DNA of 61,125 nucleotides from the IMG/VR virus record IMGVR_UViG_3300032315_001187, positions 1-61,125 of that record; one strand, written 5' to 3'. This document shows, piece by piece, positions 9,373-16,688 of the stretch. The DNA comes from a virus. Taxonomy: Duplodnaviria > Caudoviricetes. Within the stretch, counting starts at the first letter, position 1. Each line of letters begins with the position of its first letter. The position numbers were made by a program, and so were the translations under genes. Under the pieces are notes generated by a model that saw nothing but the letters and a program-made list of their open reading frames with translations, was not told the origin of the DNA and made no database searches.

Positions 9373-9715
9373 CCACCTTCCCACCGATCTCAGCCACCTC
9401 AGCGAGGAAGAGTTCAATTCGCTCTGCCCGCAAGGTGAACACGCACCAGGACCAGCAGTGACCACCGACTTCCGCGCCCTGTGCGAAGAACTTAACGGGT
9501 TACTGGAATACATTTCTGACATAAGTCCCCATCTTTGTGAAGACGAAATTAACAACCTGACAAACAGCGCACGCGCCGCCTTGGCTGAGCAGCCGGTGGG
9601 GCCCACGGATGAGGAGCTGTGGGAGGCATGGGGGTGTTTCGAGCACGAGCCTTTCAGTAAGGGGGACACCATTATGCAGTTGCGTGAGTTCCTTGCTCGC
9701 TGGGGGCAGTCATGA
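9365..9715 (+). CDS. Hypothetical protein
   Basis: TDFRALCEEL...ARAALAEQPVGPTDEEL...LARWG. Confidence 0.7.
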   Translation: MTDHLPTDLSHLSEEEFNSLCPQGEHAPGPAVTTDFRALCEELNGLLEYISDISPHLCEDEINNLTNSARAALAEQPVGPTDEELWEAWGCFEHEPFSKGDTIMQLREFLARWGQS

Positions 9716-9909
9716 CTGATAAACAAACCACAAAAGACGTCGTACGCAATTTCATTATCACAAAGATCTGCTCAACCTCTCGCTATGAGTTGGCGGTTTT
9801 AGCTGAGAAATATGAAATTGAAGATGAATTTGCCCTTGTCGAATGTTTTGAGCATGAAGTTAGCCGCACCAACAAATTCTTTGGCTACCCTATGTACCAT
9901 AATGACTAA
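9712..9909 (+). CDS. Hypothetical protein
   Basis: 65 aa, coupled. Confidence 0.65.
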   Translation: MTDKQTTKDVVRNFIITKICSTSRYELAVLAEKYEIEDEFALVECFEHEVSRTNKFFGYPMYHND

Positions 9910-10114
9910 CCTCTCCCCTGCCGCACAAGCAGTGCTGGATGCTGCTATGCAACATTCAGGACCAGCGTTTGAAACTTTAGTTTGCAGGATGCTTGCTGAT
10001 GCTCTTCATGCTGTCGCGTATCAACTAGCCTTTGGCCATGCCACAGGGAGTGGCGTTATTGACGAAGACGACCTCCGTTCCGTAGCAAATGAACTTAAAA
10101 ACCTAAAACGATGA
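9902..10114 (+). CDS. Hypothetical protein, LSPAAQA paralog family
   Basis: MTNLSPAAQAVLDAA...VANEL. Confidence 0.7.
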   Translation: MTNLSPAAQAVLDAAMQHSGPAFETLVCRMLADALHAVAYQLAFGHATGSGVIDEDDLRSVANELKNLKR

Positions 10115-10386
10115 CTGAACAAAAACTCTATACCCACACTCATTACATCTGGCATCGTGTAGTGCTTCGTGCATTCATTATGCTTCCAATTTTGATTCTT
10201 AAGATTCTTTCACAAGTATCTCTGAGTCTGTTTGAAGCACTGTTTGATGTATTCGATGAGATGCTTCCTGCTCATTACAAACAAACAAAAGTGACATTTG
10301 ATCAACTCACTAAGGGAGAACAAGAGGCAATTGAAAGAGTTGCAAAAGCACGGGGAGTTATTTTGTCTCGGGTTCAAACATACTAA
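10111..10386 (+). CDS. Hypothetical membrane protein
   Basis: Hydrophobic segment AFIMLPILILKIL. Confidence 0.65.
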   Translation: MTEQKLYTHTHYIWHRVVLRAFIMLPILILKILSQVSLSLFEALFDVFDEMLPAHYKQTKVTFDQLTKGEQEAIERVAKARGVILSRVQTY

Positions 10387-10394
10387 GAGGTATT

Positions 10395-10613
10395 ATGACT
10401 GGCCTTTCTGCCGTCGCCCAAGCAGTGTGGCGTGCCCATGAACAAGTACTTGGAGAGGAGTGTGTGCTAACAGAAACTGACATGAAGGCACTCGCCGCCG
10501 CCCTTCGCGCTGCTGTAGTGCAAGTAGCTCCTGTGTCAACTAACGCCAGGCAAATGAAGATCCGCGATGAACTTCTGGCTATTGCCAACGAGCTGGAAGG
10601 AATGTCTAATTAG
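10395..10613 (+). CDS. Hypothetical protein, LSPAAQA paralog family
   Basis: LSAVAQAV...AAALRA...IANEL. Confidence 0.7.
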   Translation: MTGLSAVAQAVWRAHEQVLGEECVLTETDMKALAAALRAAVVQVAPVSTNARQMKIRDELLAIANELEGMSN

Positions 10614-10631
10614 CGCCAAATTAGACGCAGG

Positions 10632-10663
10632 AAAAAAGGGGCCTTCAGGGGCCCCTTTTCTTT
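10632..10663. terminator. Bidirectional intrinsic terminator
   Basis: AAAAGGGGCC-ttcagg-GGCCCCTTTT with A and T tracts. Confidence 0.8.
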
Positions 10664-10721
10664 GACTTAACGAGGTCCGAGAGGCTGAGTGCCTCACAAA
10701 TCAGGTGTTTGCCATCCATAC
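10632..10721 (-). ncRNA. Candidate ~90-nt small RNA
   Basis: Minus-strand TATAGT -10 at 10733-10728, GAGGC/GCCTC hairpin, ends in a terminator. Confidence 0.3.
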
Positions 10722-10824
10722 TTCAATACTATACAGCTACAAGAAAAGGATCCTTACGGACCCTCATCTTCATCACCCTCCGATACGAAAAACAAGCTAT
10801 ACTGTGTAAAAGTTTTTCAAGATT

Positions 10825-11454
10825 ATGGATTTGCCATCCAGTAGAAAGGAGGCCCGAAAAGCTGGATCTATAAGGTTTTTCAATGGAATACCTTGTAAAA
10901 AGGGTCACGTCTCACCACGTTACGCAAGAAACTCCAACTGCTGTGAATGCCAAAGAATTGGCAAAAACGAATACAGATCTAAGAATATTGATCGATTGAG
11001 ACAGCAAGACAGAGATTACGCTCGCCTCAATTCCGGCAAAAGATTGGAAACGTCCACCAAGTGGAGGCAGCAGAACCGTGAAAAATGTTTGGCAAATAAT
11101 TCTGCAACCGGCTCCTTTCGTAGAGCGGCTAAAAGGCAGGCGATTCCGCCTTGGTTAACGAAGGAGCAACGTCTCGAAATTGCAAGAATTTATGCGCTTT
11201 CGCGATGGATGACTAGTGCAACTGGTGAAAAATTTCAGGTGGATCATATTTATCCATTGGTTAGCGATTTTGTGTGCGGGCTTCATGTTCCGTCAAACTT
11301 AATAGTGCTTTCCCGGCCTGACAATGCAAGAAAAAATGCATATTGGTGGCCAGGCCAGCTTGACTGTCAAAAGGGAAGGGGTGCCAGTCATGATTGGTGG
11401 AAGCAACTGCAACAATCAGACGAAGTTAAGACTGCCTTTAATTTAGTTGCATGA
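10825..11454 (+). CDS. HNH homing endonuclease
   Basis: N-terminal CKKGH..R...CCEC; VDHIYPL...GLHVPSNL...N..K. Confidence 0.9.
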   Translation: MDLPSSRKEARKAGSIRFFNGIPCKKGHVSPRYARNSNCCECQRIGKNEYRSKNIDRLRQQDRDYARLNSGKRLETSTKWRQQNREKCLANNSATGSFRRAAKRQAIPPWLTKEQRLEIARIYALSRWMTSATGEKFQVDHIYPLVSDFVCGLHVPSNLIVLSRPDNARKNAYWWPGQLDCQKGRGASHDWWKQLQQSDEVKTAFNLVA

Positions 11455-11464
11455 TGCTCAAAGG

Positions 11465-11712
11465 CAAAAGAAAAGGCCCTTGCGGGCCTTTCTTCTGTTA
11501 CCTTCCGATTGTAAATTTCCCCTCCAGCGAAAATCTCCCAAAAATCGCTGCCCAAGGTGTATGGGATCCTTCGCGAGGGGGAAAGGGATCCAAACAGGCA
11601 AACCACGAAGCCCGGTCAATCCTTACGGAGAAACCATCCCTTCCATACCGTCCACCCTCGCGGGCCTTGCGTGGGAACGCAAAGCGAAGCCGAAGCTCCA
11701 GGACCAAGTAAC
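11465..11712 (-). ncRNA. Candidate ~245-nt highly structured ncRNA
   Basis: TGG-TATGAT -10, 5'/3' closing helix, UUCG/GCGA/GUAA-capped stems, GCAA terminator plus U tract. Confidence 0.6.
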
Positions 11713-11847
11713 TTGCAAATCATACCATGCTGCCTGCTGCCCTAGTCACGATGGGAAGAAGTGCGGTTAACCGGCCCTTAAATCGTGCTAGCGTCAAGGT
11801 GCTGGTCAGGCGACTGTCAGCCCAAACTGACATTCTTCTTTTTTCCT

Positions 11848-12207
11848 GTGATCAAAACACTATTTTCCGTTTGCTTTGCTGCCCTCACCTTTGTGCCAGT
11901 GGTCAGTGAAGCTGCTTCATCGCGTCAATGTGGCCAAGCCTCATGGTATGGACCAGGCTTCGAGGGCAGGCGCACTGCTAATGGGGAGCGCTTTAGCCCC
12001 TACGCATTGACCGCTGCTCACCGCTCATTGCCCTTTGGGAGCCGCGTGAGGGTGACCAATCAAGCCAATGGTCGTAGCGTGGTTTTGCGAATCAACGACC
12101 ATGGGCCCGTCTATTCAGATCGCATTATTGATTTGTCCAGAACTGCTTTTGCGGGCATCGCAAGCACTGGACAGGGATTGGCGAGAGTCTGCATCGCTCG
12201 CGCCTAG
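11848..12207 (+). CDS. rlpA: RlpA-family lytic transglycosylase (DPBB domain) with signal peptide
   Basis: GQASWYG...TANGE...TAAHRSLPFG..VRVTN...INDHGP...IIDLS. Confidence 0.9.
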   Translation: MIKTLFSVCFAALTFVPVVSEAASSRQCGQASWYGPGFEGRRTANGERFSPYALTAAHRSLPFGSRVRVTNQANGRSVVLRINDHGPVYSDRIIDLSRTAFAGIASTGQGLARVCIARA

Positions 12208-12233
12208 TGGTACGATGGTTTCGGAAAGTGCTA

Positions 12234-12267
12234 AGCGTCCTCTCGGCTGAAGGGGGCGCTTTTTTTT
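12234..12267 (+). terminator. Intrinsic terminator
   Basis: AGCGTCCTCT/AGGGGGCGCT stem followed by a T run. Confidence 0.75.
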
Positions 12268-12316
12268 GTAAAGAATTGTTACAGCGTTGGCATGGGAGGC
12301 CATTTGGCTGTATTCT
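12265..12316 (+). promoter_or_regulatory. Promoter with HLR1-like (RpaB) element and -10 TATTCT
   Basis: TTTGTAAA-GA-ATTGTTAC, 29 nt before the -10; architecture repeated 7 times. Confidence 0.6.
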
Positions 12317-12359
12317 TCTTTCACGAGGCGCGACCCTCACCACCCTACTCACTACAACC

Positions 12360-12650
12360 ATGTTCAAGCCCCAAACCAAAACCGACATTATCAAGCGCTT
12401 CATCTGCGACGCAGGCAGCAGCATCATCAGCGTTGAATTCGTCAAGGCCGATGGCAGCATCCGCAAGCTGCAGTTCAACCCCCGCGACACGCAGGAAATT
12501 AAAGGCACTGGCCACGCCCTGAAGAAGCCCAGCATCGTCCGCTGCCGCGACTTTGCAGTGGCTCGTAAAGAAGGCGAGGGCGCATGGCGTTCGTTTGATT
12601 GCGAGCGCGTGGTCAAGATTCAAGCCCACGGCGCCGTCATCTCTTTCTGA
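12360..12650 (+). CDS. WYL_2/DUF2693-like SH3-barrel protein
   Basis: SVEFVKADGSIR...AWRSF motif. Confidence 0.75.
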   Translation: MFKPQTKTDIIKRFICDAGSSIISVEFVKADGSIRKLQFNPRDTQEIKGTGHALKKPSIVRCRDFAVARKEGEGAWRSFDCERVVKIQAHGAVISF

Positions 12651-12653
12651 ACC

Positions 12654-12836
12654 ATGAAAGATACATTCATGAATGGCCTTGCCCTTGGTGCGGCCACTGG
12701 TGCTCTAGGCTTTATGGTGTTTGGCATCATGACTGATTTCCCTGCCCCACAGAAGGATCCGCAAGCCCTTGCCATCTGCCTAAAGCTGCATCCTGAACGC
12801 TACTGCCGCATCACTTACGACGGCCTCGAGCCCTGA
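12654..12836 (+). CDS. Small membrane protein
   Basis: TM segment then C..C motif. Confidence 0.65.
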   Translation: MKDTFMNGLALGAATGALGFMVFGIMTDFPAPQKDPQALAICLKLHPERYCRITYDGLEP

Positions 12837-12837
12837 C

Positions 12838-12888
12838 TTTGTAAAGTTTTGCAACAGCCCCGGAAAGGGGGCGTTTCTGCTGTATTGT
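12838..12888 (+). promoter_or_regulatory. Promoter with HLR1-like element and -10 TATTGT
   Basis: TTTGTAAA-GT-TTTGCAAC, 28 nt before the -10. Confidence 0.6.
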
Positions 12889-12923
12889 TCTCTCAAGGGC
12901 GCGAGTCCACCACTTTTAAAACC

Positions 12924-13136
12924 ATGGCCTCCTATCTCGAAAAAATCGAAGCTGACCGTCAGGCACAGCACAGCGGCACCGGCATCCGCAAGTACCAAAC
13001 CAGCGATGGCATCAAGTGGGAAGTGTACTGTTGGGAGCGCGTGACTGAACTGCAACACACCTCCTACCCTGTGTCTGACTTGTTCGACCACGAATGGCAG
13101 GCTCAACGTTTCCTCACCGCCCTCAAGCACCGCTGA
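12924..13136 (+). CDS. Hypothetical protein
   Basis: accATG at 12924 after the repeated promoter. Confidence 0.7.
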   Translation: MASYLEKIEADRQAQHSGTGIRKYQTSDGIKWEVYCWERVTELQHTSYPVSDLFDHEWQAQRFLTALKHR

Positions 13137-13138
13137 TC

Positions 13139-13417
13139 ATGCCTAAGCAAACACCGATTGAAGCGGCCAGGCAGACTGGCAATGGATGGCGAGGTATCCA
13201 GCTTGCTTTGGTTGCTGATCTTGACCTTGCTGATGTCTGTCGCGAATGGATTAAAGGCTGCACGTGCAGCCCAAGAGACAGGCCGCAAGACTGCCCGGAT
13301 TGTACTGACGGTTTCCTAAAAGCTGTGTTGGACAGAGCGCAGCGCCATGGGCTTGCCATTGGCGAGAATTCATTGTTTGACCAGTTCGGCAGTTTCGGAG
13401 AAATGCCCAATGACTAA
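13139..13417 (+). CDS. Cys-rich hypothetical protein
   Basis: GCTCS...CPDC. Confidence 0.65.
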   Translation: MPKQTPIEAARQTGNGWRGIQLALVADLDLADVCREWIKGCTCSPRDRPQDCPDCTDGFLKAVLDRAQRHGLAIGENSLFDQFGSFGEMPND

Positions 13418-13664
13418 CCAATTTCCTGGCGCCACGAAAATGGTCCTCTCCCCCGCCGCGCAGGCAATCGAAGAAGCAGTGGACAACGCATGGTCGAACA
13501 GCAGAGCCCGAGCCGCCGCCGCCCTTCGCGCTGTTGCGGATCAAGCCGAAAACGTCCATCCAGCAAGACCTTCCACCGAATGGGGTGAGGGCTGGCTAGA
13601 AGGCGTTCAAGATGTCGTCGCAGGCTTCCGTCGCATTGCCGATGAGTTGGATGCACAACCATGA
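13410..13664 (+). CDS. Hypothetical protein, LSPAAQA paralog family
   Basis: LSPAAQAI...AAALRAVAD...IADEL. Confidence 0.7.
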   Translation: MTNQFPGATKMVLSPAAQAIEEAVDNAWSNSRARAAAALRAVADQAENVHPARPSTEWGEGWLEGVQDVVAGFRRIADELDAQP

Positions 13665-13897
13665 CTAATTACAAAGCCGATTTACAATGCTGGGCAGACC
13701 TTGAAGCATGGGCTGGCAGTGGAGCCAGGGCTTCAACAGACCATTGCATTCTTGAGCTGCGCTCTCGCATTGAAAGCCTGGAGGAAGATAGCTACGAAGA
13801 AAACAAAAGCAATCATCATTGTTTCGAGGCTCTTGTGCAGCGCATTGAAAAGCTAGAAAAGACTGTTCGTTTCCTTGAGCAACAGGATCGTTTGTAA
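13661..13897 (+). CDS. Hypothetical coiled-coil protein
   Basis: CILELRSRIESLE...RIEKLE. Confidence 0.7.
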   Translation: MTNYKADLQCWADLEAWAGSGARASTDHCILELRSRIESLEEDSYEENKSNHHCFEALVQRIEKLEKTVRFLEQQDRL

Positions 13898-13943
13898 ACA
13901 ATTGTTACAGCCCATGGTTTTGACTGTCTGTCTGGTCTACCTT
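13891..13943 (+). promoter_or_regulatory. Promoter with HLR1-like element
   Basis: TTTGTAAA-CA-ATTGTTAC, 30 nt before TACCTT. Confidence 0.55.
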
Positions 13944-13978
13944 GCTCTTGTTCAGGCGCGAGCCGCTTCCATTTCGTC

Positions 13979-14254
13979 ATGAGAACTGCACCTCCTACTC
14001 CCATCGTTCCCACCATCCATCTCAATGGCACCAGCGGCCAGGATTTAAAGGCTGAGTACTATGCCGCCTATGAGGCCATTGAAGCTGCTGTAGAGGCCCT
14101 CGCAGCGGCAACCTCCAATTGTCGAGATTTTTACGTGCAAAGTGCTGATGCGTATTATCAGCATAAGGAAGAAAGGGCCGAAGCCTTTGCTAGCTTGAGA
14201 AAAGCGCAGGACTATGTAGAAGAAGTGCTGGTGGGCATTTGTAACCAACTTTAA
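13979..14254 (+). CDS. Hypothetical protein
   Basis: PTIHLNGTS...RDFY. Confidence 0.75.
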   Translation: MRTAPPTPIVPTIHLNGTSGQDLKAEYYAAYEAIEAAVEALAAATSNCRDFYVQSADAYYQHKEERAEAFASLRKAQDYVEEVLVGICNQL

Positions 14255-14276
14255 GCCGTGCTATCATTCTTATTCG

Positions 14277-14777
14277 TTGACTACTAGGCGAGTGAAGCAC
14301 TGGAGAGGCATACCCCCGTGGCAAAGGCTATGGGGCAGTATTACAGAGGCACCAATCGATCTTTGCTGGGAATGGAAGGCAACTTCAAGGCTTAAGTCTG
14401 GTTACGGATGTCTCTCCATGAATGGCAAATCATGCTTGGCGCATCGAGCTGCTTACGAATGGGTTTTTGGCCAAATCCCTAAGGGAATGCTTGTTCGTCA
14501 CAAATGCGACAATCCCTCATGTTGCAATCCATTTCATTTGGAACTTGGCACGGATAAGGATAATTACAATGACATGATTGAAAGAGGCAGGCGTGTTTTT
14601 AACGGAGCAAAAGGAGAGCGTAATTGCAAAGCAAAACTATCTGAAGAGCAAGTGAAGAAGATTCGTGCAATGTACGAAGCTGGCGGAGAATCTACAAATA
14701 CTTTGGCGCGCAAATTTGATGTGACCCAGGCATTGATTAGCCAGATTGTTCTGCGCAAGATCTGGAGACACGTTTGA
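14277..14777 (+). CDS. HNH endonuclease with C-terminal DNA-binding helix domain
   Basis: CWEW..GYG..AHR...VRHKCDNPSCCNPFHL..GT..DN..DM; AKLSEEQV. Confidence 0.9.
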   Translation: MTTRRVKHWRGIPPWQRLWGSITEAPIDLCWEWKATSRLKSGYGCLSMNGKSCLAHRAAYEWVFGQIPKGMLVRHKCDNPSCCNPFHLELGTDKDNYNDMIERGRRVFNGAKGERNCKAKLSEEQVKKIRAMYEAGGESTNTLARKFDVTQALISQIVLRKIWRHV

Positions 14778-14789
14778 CCAGACCAAGCC

Positions 14790-14841
14790 TTTGTAAACAA
14801 TTGTTACAACGGGGCCTCCAGGCCCCTTTTGGCTGTATTGT
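14790..14841 (+). promoter_or_regulatory. Promoter with HLR1-like element and -10 TATTGT
   Basis: TTTGTAAA-CA-ATTGTTAC, 29 nt before the -10. Confidence 0.6.
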
Positions 14842-14881
14842 TCTCTCACGAGGCGCGAGCTTCACCACCCCGGTTACAACC

Positions 14882-15241
14882 ATGGCCATCATTAACCACA
14901 CTGTTGAGCAGATCGCTCCAAACCTCGATTCCTACACCAAGTTCGAGGGGCTAGAGCGCCTTGATTTCAAAGTGGTGCTGCCTGACTTTGCCGAGCCCTT
15001 CCCCGCGAACGTGCGCAACGGCTATCCCCAGCATCTGCTCCGCACGCTTGAAATGCACGGTCTGCTGCACGTGTGCCACCGTTGGTATATCAATGGGCCA
15101 GTGAGGGGCGAGTGGACTATTTCCACTATGGTGGGACCCATCACTGTTCCCGGTGGCACTCGCATTATCTCCGAAGAAGTGCCCTCCACCATGAAGGCCA
15201 TTAAAAAGCCAGCCTCTCTTGGTAAGCGCATCTGGGACTAA
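14882..15241 (+). CDS. Hypothetical protein
   Basis: accATG at 14882 after the repeated promoter. Confidence 0.7.
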   Translation: MAIINHTVEQIAPNLDSYTKFEGLERLDFKVVLPDFAEPFPANVRNGYPQHLLRTLEMHGLLHVCHRWYINGPVRGEWTISTMVGPITVPGGTRIISEEVPSTMKAIKKPASLGKRIWD

Positions 15242-15257
15242 TCATAAAATATTACAA

Positions 15258-15282
15258 AGGGGCCATAAGGCCCCTCTTATTC
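15258..15282 (+). terminator. Putative terminator hairpin
   Basis: AGGGGCC-ataa-GGCCCCT then a pyrimidine run. Confidence 0.55.
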
Positions 15283-15292
15283 CTTCCAAACC

Positions 15293-15484
15293 ATGATTCT
15301 TGTTGATTTCTTTTCCCATCGTTCCTGTTTAGGCACAGAACTTATTGAAGGATGGTATTGGTATGAAGACGATGGGGAAGAAAGTGGTGGGCCTTTTGAT
15401 GATGAAGAAGATGCTACTTTTGCTGCGCAATTAGGAGAAAAATCTAGGCCGCATGAAGATTTTACTTTTCCTTTCAAACGATGA
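15293..15484 (+). CDS. Small acidic hypothetical protein
   Basis: GWYW...GPFDDEEDA. Confidence 0.7.
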   Translation: MILVDFFSHRSCLGTELIEGWYWYEDDGEESGGPFDDEEDATFAAQLGEKSRPHEDFTFPFKR

Positions 15485-15573
15485 AGGGACTTGCTCAAAG
15501 GCGGTAAGGACTTGCCAGAAAGCGGTAAGGGACTTGCTGGGAAACGGTATGGGGACTTGCTGAAAGACGGTAT
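15485..15573. repeat. Four imperfect 21-23 bp tandem repeats (GGACTTGC-N7-CGGTA)
   Basis: GACTTGC at 15488, 15509, 15531, 15554. Confidence 0.85.
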
Positions 15574-15612
15574 AGAGCGCTAGCGCTAAAGGCCGCCGCC
15601 GCCCGCTGCTGC

Positions 15613-15660
15613 TAGTACGCTTGTACCATAGTACACACATACTATAGTACGTTTGTACTA
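15613..15660. promoter_or_regulatory. Three abutting 16-bp cyanobacterial LexA-box-like palindromes
   Basis: TAGTACGCTTGTACCA, TAGTACACACATACTA, TAGTACGTTTGTACTA. Confidence 0.7.
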
Positions 15661-15661
15661 T

Positions 15662-15854
15662 ATAAGCAAAACTTATCATTCCGGGCTGAATCATAAGCTC
15701 AGCTTATACTATAAGCCCAGCTTATCAATCGGGCCTCAATCATAAGCCTGGCTTATTATATAAGCCCAGCTTATCTTTCACGAGCAAACCATAGTCCCTG
15801 CTTATTTTATAAGCTCAGTTTATGGTTTGAGAATAAACCATAAGCTGCGCTAAT
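15662..15854. repeat. Eight ATAAG-N5-CTTAT palindromes on a 49-bp period (LysR-type T-N11-A)
   Basis: Starts 15662, 15693, 15711, 15742, 15760, 15791, 15809, 15840. Confidence 0.85.
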
Positions 15855-15987
15855 TATAAAGAATTGTTAAGATTTTAGGGTTGGGCCGTGTTAACGGGCC
15901 CACCGTGGGCACAATGGGCGAGACAACGGGCAGGCCGGATGCGCCGCCCTTGTCAAGTCCTTCTCTGTCCCCTCGCTACTTCTCCCA

Positions 15988-16575
15988 ATGCTCGCTTCTC
16001 TCCATGCCCTGCAGGGCCTCGAGGCCCTCGCTCTCACCGCCGCCCGTATCTGGGCCGCCGCTGGTGAACTGCTAACCGCCGGAGCGATCCTATGGGCCCT
16101 GGATGCCCTCGCCCGATCAATCCGCCTCGCCTATTCAATGGGCCGCACCATGGGCCGCCTTCTCTGGCCCGTCCTCCATGCTCTCGCGGCTGGTGGCCGG
16201 TGGTTCGCCGCCCACATCGACTGGGCAGAGGTGGCCGCCGTGGTGGTTGACTGCTTAAAGGCCCTGGCTGTGCTCTGCTGGCTGGTGGCTGTTGAGGGCC
16301 GCCGCCTCCTTATCTCCGCCTCCGCCGATATGGGCCGCCGTTACTCCGCCGCCCTCGCTCCTTCTCTGCCGGTGGTGGTGGCCTCCGCTCCCTCCGCTCC
16401 CTCCGCTCTGCCCGTTGCCCCTCTGCTGGTGGTGGTGGATCCCTCTCCCCATCCTCTCGCCGTGGTGGCCGCTTCGCTTGAGGCCCTCACTTGTAAGGAA
16501 CTCCGGGCCCTTACCGGCACCCGCCGGAAACTACCCAAGGCCTCGCTGGTGGCCCTCGCCCTCGCCCTCGCTTAA
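15988..16575 (+). CDS. Hydrophobic protein with C-terminal Rho_N/SAP-like helix motif
   Basis: Ala/Leu-rich; LEALTCKELRALTG...KASLV. Confidence 0.65.
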   Translation: MLASLHALQGLEALALTAARIWAAAGELLTAGAILWALDALARSIRLAYSMGRTMGRLLWPVLHALAAGGRWFAAHIDWAEVAAVVVDCLKALAVLCWLVAVEGRRLLISASADMGRRYSAALAPSLPVVVASAPSAPSALPVAPLLVVVDPSPHPLAVVAASLEALTCKELRALTGTRRKLPKASLVALALALA

Positions 16576-16638
16576 TTGTAAAGAATTGTAACGATGGGGG
16601 CCGCCCGTGCTGGTGGCCTCCCTCGCCCGTGCCATGCT
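16575..16638 (+). promoter_or_regulatory. Promoter with a perfect HLR1 element
   Basis: Reverse complement GTTACAAT-TC-TTTACAAT, 41 nt before CATGCT. Confidence 0.6.
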
Positions 16639-16688
16639 CTCCATGCCGGAGCGATCCGGCCCAACCGTCAACCACCGCACCGCTCTTC

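Noticed and set aside
10741-10790. Hammerhead ribozyme (GAUGAG..stem)
   Set aside because: No CUGAUGA core and no GAAA after the stem; the hairpin is followed by Us like a terminator.
11597-11700. Plus-strand GGCAAACCAC...GTGGGAACGCAAAGC resembling a c-di-GMP-I riboswitch upstream of rlpA
   Set aside because: Needs a ~60-nt insertion, lacks the GNRA/receptor pair, and the tetraloops, promoter and terminator all point to the minus strand.
12268-12282. NtcA box in the repeated promoter element
   Set aside because: Spacing is GTA-N9-TAC rather than N8, and other copies keep the direct repeat (HLR1) rather than the palindrome.
15662-15854. CRISPR array
   Set aside because: Units are 15-bp dyads with 3- and 16-bp gaps rather than 25-40 bp repeats with unique spacers; no cas operon.
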